From the human T2T-CHM13v2.0 reference genome, Homo sapiens, in the NCBI RefSeq assembly GCF_009914755.1, contig NC_060936.1: DNA of 64,000 nucleotides. One strand, 5' to 3'. Below the pieces are notes generated by a model. That model saw only the letters and a list, made by a program, of their open reading frames with translations. It had not been told where the DNA came from and searched no databases. A program made the translations under genes and the position numbers. Every line of letters begins with the position of its first letter. Position 1 is the stretch's first letter. Shown in pieces: positions 60,060 through 64,000 of the stretch.

Positions 60060-62403
60060 AAAAGTGACTTGAAAATGAGATGCAGGAATTAAAGAGAGTT
60101 CTTACGTATGACACTAATGCCTCATCGCAGCAGGAAAGTGGCATTATATTCCAAAGAGCTCAAAGCAATTTGGCAACTGATGAGCCCTTATAAGCTCTGG
60201 AAGCCCTCAGACACAGGAGCCAATAAAAAAGATGGCAGAATTTCTGCCTTTGAAAGAGATAGATGAGACACCAGTGATGGAGGACCTGTAAGTGTTCATG
60301 TGACCCTGGGGCATGTTCTCCCGGGAAGTCTCTCAGTCTCAGGGAGAGCCTCCATATCTCTCTGTCTCTTCATCACTTTTTGCCCCCATCACCCAGGACC
60401 CTCTGGCACTGATCTAATCATGAAGGAAGCAGAGTGTGACATTTGAGAAGTGACCAGGCTGGCAGCATTGACAAAGTCCTGGAACGTTGGGAAGTCTCAT
60501 AGGCACGATGGGAATTTGGCTGACCCCTGAGGAGCACTGTTCAACCTGGCTTTGGCAGCTGTAGCCCCAATCCCAGTCCCCATCCAGCCCCCATCCTTGC
60601 TCACCTACTTGAGAAGCACCAAGTCCTTCTCAGCTGCTGCACGCTTGCTCCGCTCTTCACAGTACCTGCAAGAGGAACAGCGTGGGTCAGCTGCAGCTGT
60701 ACCAGAGGGCTGTACTAGGAGAGGTCCCTGGCCAGTCCATCTCAGGGGTGAGCCAAGCAGAAATCTCTCTGAGTCATAGGGATCCATGAAGCCCTGAGTC
60801 CTCCCAGCCCTTCTCAGCACTGGCATAAATGTTCAGGATGTTGGTGATGGAGGTAAAAGCGTGAGAGCTTGTCCTCCTCCAAGCCCAGCTACACTGCATG
60901 GAATGCAGTCTCCATTCTCCCACCTGCTCCTCATGCTCCCATATGGCTCCCCATCTCCCACACTGAGGCCTGGGCCCCTCCCACAGCCCTGGAGTCTTTC
61001 AGTGTTCCTCAGTCAGCACTGAAGTTAATGTCCCTTCCAGTCCCACAGGGTGGGAACCCCCAGAGAGCACCCCTGAGCTTCTCTTTCCCGGGCCCCTCAC
61101 TCAGTCCAGGCCCTACACCACAGCCACGATGACTGAGGGCCCCACTCTTCTGCCTCTGCCACACTAATGCAGTCAGCTACCCCAGCCACAGGGCCCTATG
61201 GGAACAACCGGCCCCATGAGCTCCACATGTACAGCTATAGCCCCAGCACCAAGCACAGGGCCAGCACAGAGTAGACATTTAATACCTTTCATTATTATGT
61301 CCTTCGTAGTTCATGTCATTCAGTAATAATAAAACCAGCATTATTAACAAGCTATTTGGTTGATGAGCCTTTCATTAGTATTAACTAATTAATTAATAAG
61401 GTGTCACTATTTGCCAGGCACTGTTTGAACAGCATATATTAAATTATTTAGCTGTCAAACAAACTTTTAAGGTAGGTACAGTTATCACCCCCGTGTTACA
61501 AATGAAGAAACTGAGGCACAGATTGGTTAAATAAATTACCTATGATTGTGCAGTTAGAAAGAGACATAGTCAAGCTTAAACTCGGGCAGTCTGGCTGCAG
61601 AGCTTTTGCTCATACAGACAGTGCTGCATGGCAGGTCCACCAATGAGCCCCGTCAAGTGCTTTCCTTATCCATATTGCCCCAGCTCCTTGTTGATGCCCA
61701 CAGAGGCCAGATGACCTTCACTTTCTGGGCACCTGAGCCTCACCACCGGGTGCACTGCCTCTCACCTCCTCTTGTATGCCTCCGCGAGCGCCTGCATGGT
61801 GCCCAGCTCCCCCTCCAGCCGACCCCGCTCCATCAGTAGCTTGTCAAGGTGAGCCTGGAGGCAGCCAATGTAGGATTCAAAGAAGGGCTGCAGGTCATTG
61901 GAGGTGGCCATTTGCTCCTACAGGAAGCATCACTTGGTCTCCAGCACCTTGTTCTGCTGCTCCAGCAACCGTACCTGTGATCAACCATGGAGGAGAGGGT
62001 TATGCTCTGTCCAGTCCCTGGCTCAGGAGCAGACCTGGTCTCCAAATCCAGGCCTCCCATGCCTGGGATCCCAGGGGGTCTCAGGGCCTCTGACCCTCTC
62101 CAACCTCAGACACTCACCTTGTCAATGAAAGAGGAAAATTTGTTGTTGAGGGTCTTGATCTGTTCCTTCTCCTGGGTCTTCACCTCAATCTAGGCGTCAG
62201 TCCCCATGTTCAGGGGCTACCAGAGGCTCTGGTTGATGGTCACCTCCTGGATGCCAAAGGGAAAGGCCCCCAAACCTCCAAAGCCTGAGGCTCCTCAAGG
62301 CTGTCCTCCAAAGCCACCAGGTCTCCCTCCAATGCTGAAGGAGCTTCCTCCAAAGCCACTTTTCATTCCCCTTCCTTCAGCCCCACACAGACTGCTTCCC
62401 AAG

Positions 62404-62479
62404 GTGCCCCAGCACCCCTGTGCCCTGCCCCCAGCACCCCTGTGCCCTGCCCCCAGCACCCCTGTGACCTGCCCCCAGC
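62404..62479 (+). repeat. 22-bp minisatellite, ~3.3 copies
   Basis: AGCACCCCTGTG(C/A)CCTGCCCCC starting at 62411, 62433 and 62455. Confidence 0.9.
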
Positions 62480-62797
62480 CTGGGCGGCACCTCCAGCAAC
62501 CCTCAGTGAGATCTTTCTCCCTGCAAAGCTGTACAGACTCCTGCTGCCAAAGGTGCCCCCTGTCATGGCACAGGCCGCAGCAGCACTGCCTCCCCCAGAA
62601 CATGAGGCTGACGGATCTGATGGCACCACCATGGCTCTAGCCAGACACCAGGATGGCAGAGTGGCCACTCAAGCCCTGGGTGGCCTGGGAGGTCCTGCTG
62701 GACTGCTGGCTCATCATTTTCTCTGGATGCAGGAAGATGTCCTGGTTCAGAAAACCTGAGGAAAGAGCACTTTCTGATGCAAGGAGAGAGGTGGCCC

Positions 62798-62821
62798 TTT
62801 TTATAAGTCCCAGTGGATTGG
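62798..62821 (-). promoter_or_regulatory. Intact TATAAAA and CCAAT upstream of second keratin pseudogene
   Basis: tttttata from 62798 and attgg 62817-62821 on +, ~80 bp upstream of the ATG, matching the KRT1 geometry. Confidence 0.65.
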
Positions 62822-63452
62822 CTCACTAATTTGACAATTTCCTGAGCTTGATTTTCTAGCCAAAACAGGTCAATGCCTCAAATCCCAAACACATCTTGGT
62901 CCTAACCCTGGAGCCACCAGTTGCTTTGATTTTTCTCTGACATTGGCCTCATTTTTCCTTCACCAGATCCAAGGCAGAAAAACACTTAGGCTCCCTACAA
63001 TGGATGGGCTGCTTCCTACTGGAACCTAGCCCCAAACATCAGGGCATTTGCTATAATTAGGTGATTTTCCATGCTCCTCCTGTCTCCGGTGACCTGAGTC
63101 ATTAACTTCTGCCAGTCAGATCCCAGCTCTTAAAACATAAAATATTCACAGGAGACCTTGTCTCAGTTAATTGTGCAGTGTGGTCCTGAAAGAAAGCCCT
63201 TCAGCTCTCCCGGGAACCACATCCACTGCGGTGGGGTCCCCGGGATGCAGGGGCCATCAAGAGTCTCTAAGGTAATGTTTTCCCTTTTTGTCCTGAGGAA
63301 GTGACTCTCCTTACCTCTGGACAGTGCCTAGCCTGCAAGAACAGGACTCTCTGCCCTGCAGGGGCTTTACCTGCAATCATCTCATGCCTGGGTAGTTCAG
63401 AGTAAAGCCTAACTCCCGCCCAGACCATCAAATGAATGCACTGTACGTTCTA

Positions 63453-64000
<548 letters not shown>

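Overview
Human chromosome 12q13 type II keratin cluster; all four keratin loci lie on the minus strand. The window holds complete KRT1 (9 coding exons, 1738-6873), here as the short 637-aa allele lacking one 7-aa glycine loop, and complete KRT77 (9 coding exons, 17687-29941, 578 aa). Two unprocessed keratin pseudogenes follow. The first (~40640-48316, KRT3/KRT76-like, probably KRT126P) has no visible exon 2 and keeps a CpG island on its dead tail exon. The second (56010-62717) retains only exons 1-5 and carries a full-length antisense DDX23 processed pseudogene in intron 3. Repeats include Alu, L1, L2, MIR, MER5, MER20, MER52, MADE1 and a tailless U6 retrocopy. The most unusual structures are: a nested inverted-repeat module with AP-1 sites ~7 kb upstream of KRT1; a ~180-bp direct repeat bracketing the KRT77 tail exons; a cryptic KRT1 exon-8 donor predicting a tailless K1; promoter modules conserved in the pseudogenes; and several readable retrotransposition signatures. 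I found no evidence for a wholly new gene system; the best candidates are regulatory or structural. Coordinates were read by eye, and repeat boundaries and subfamily calls are approximate.
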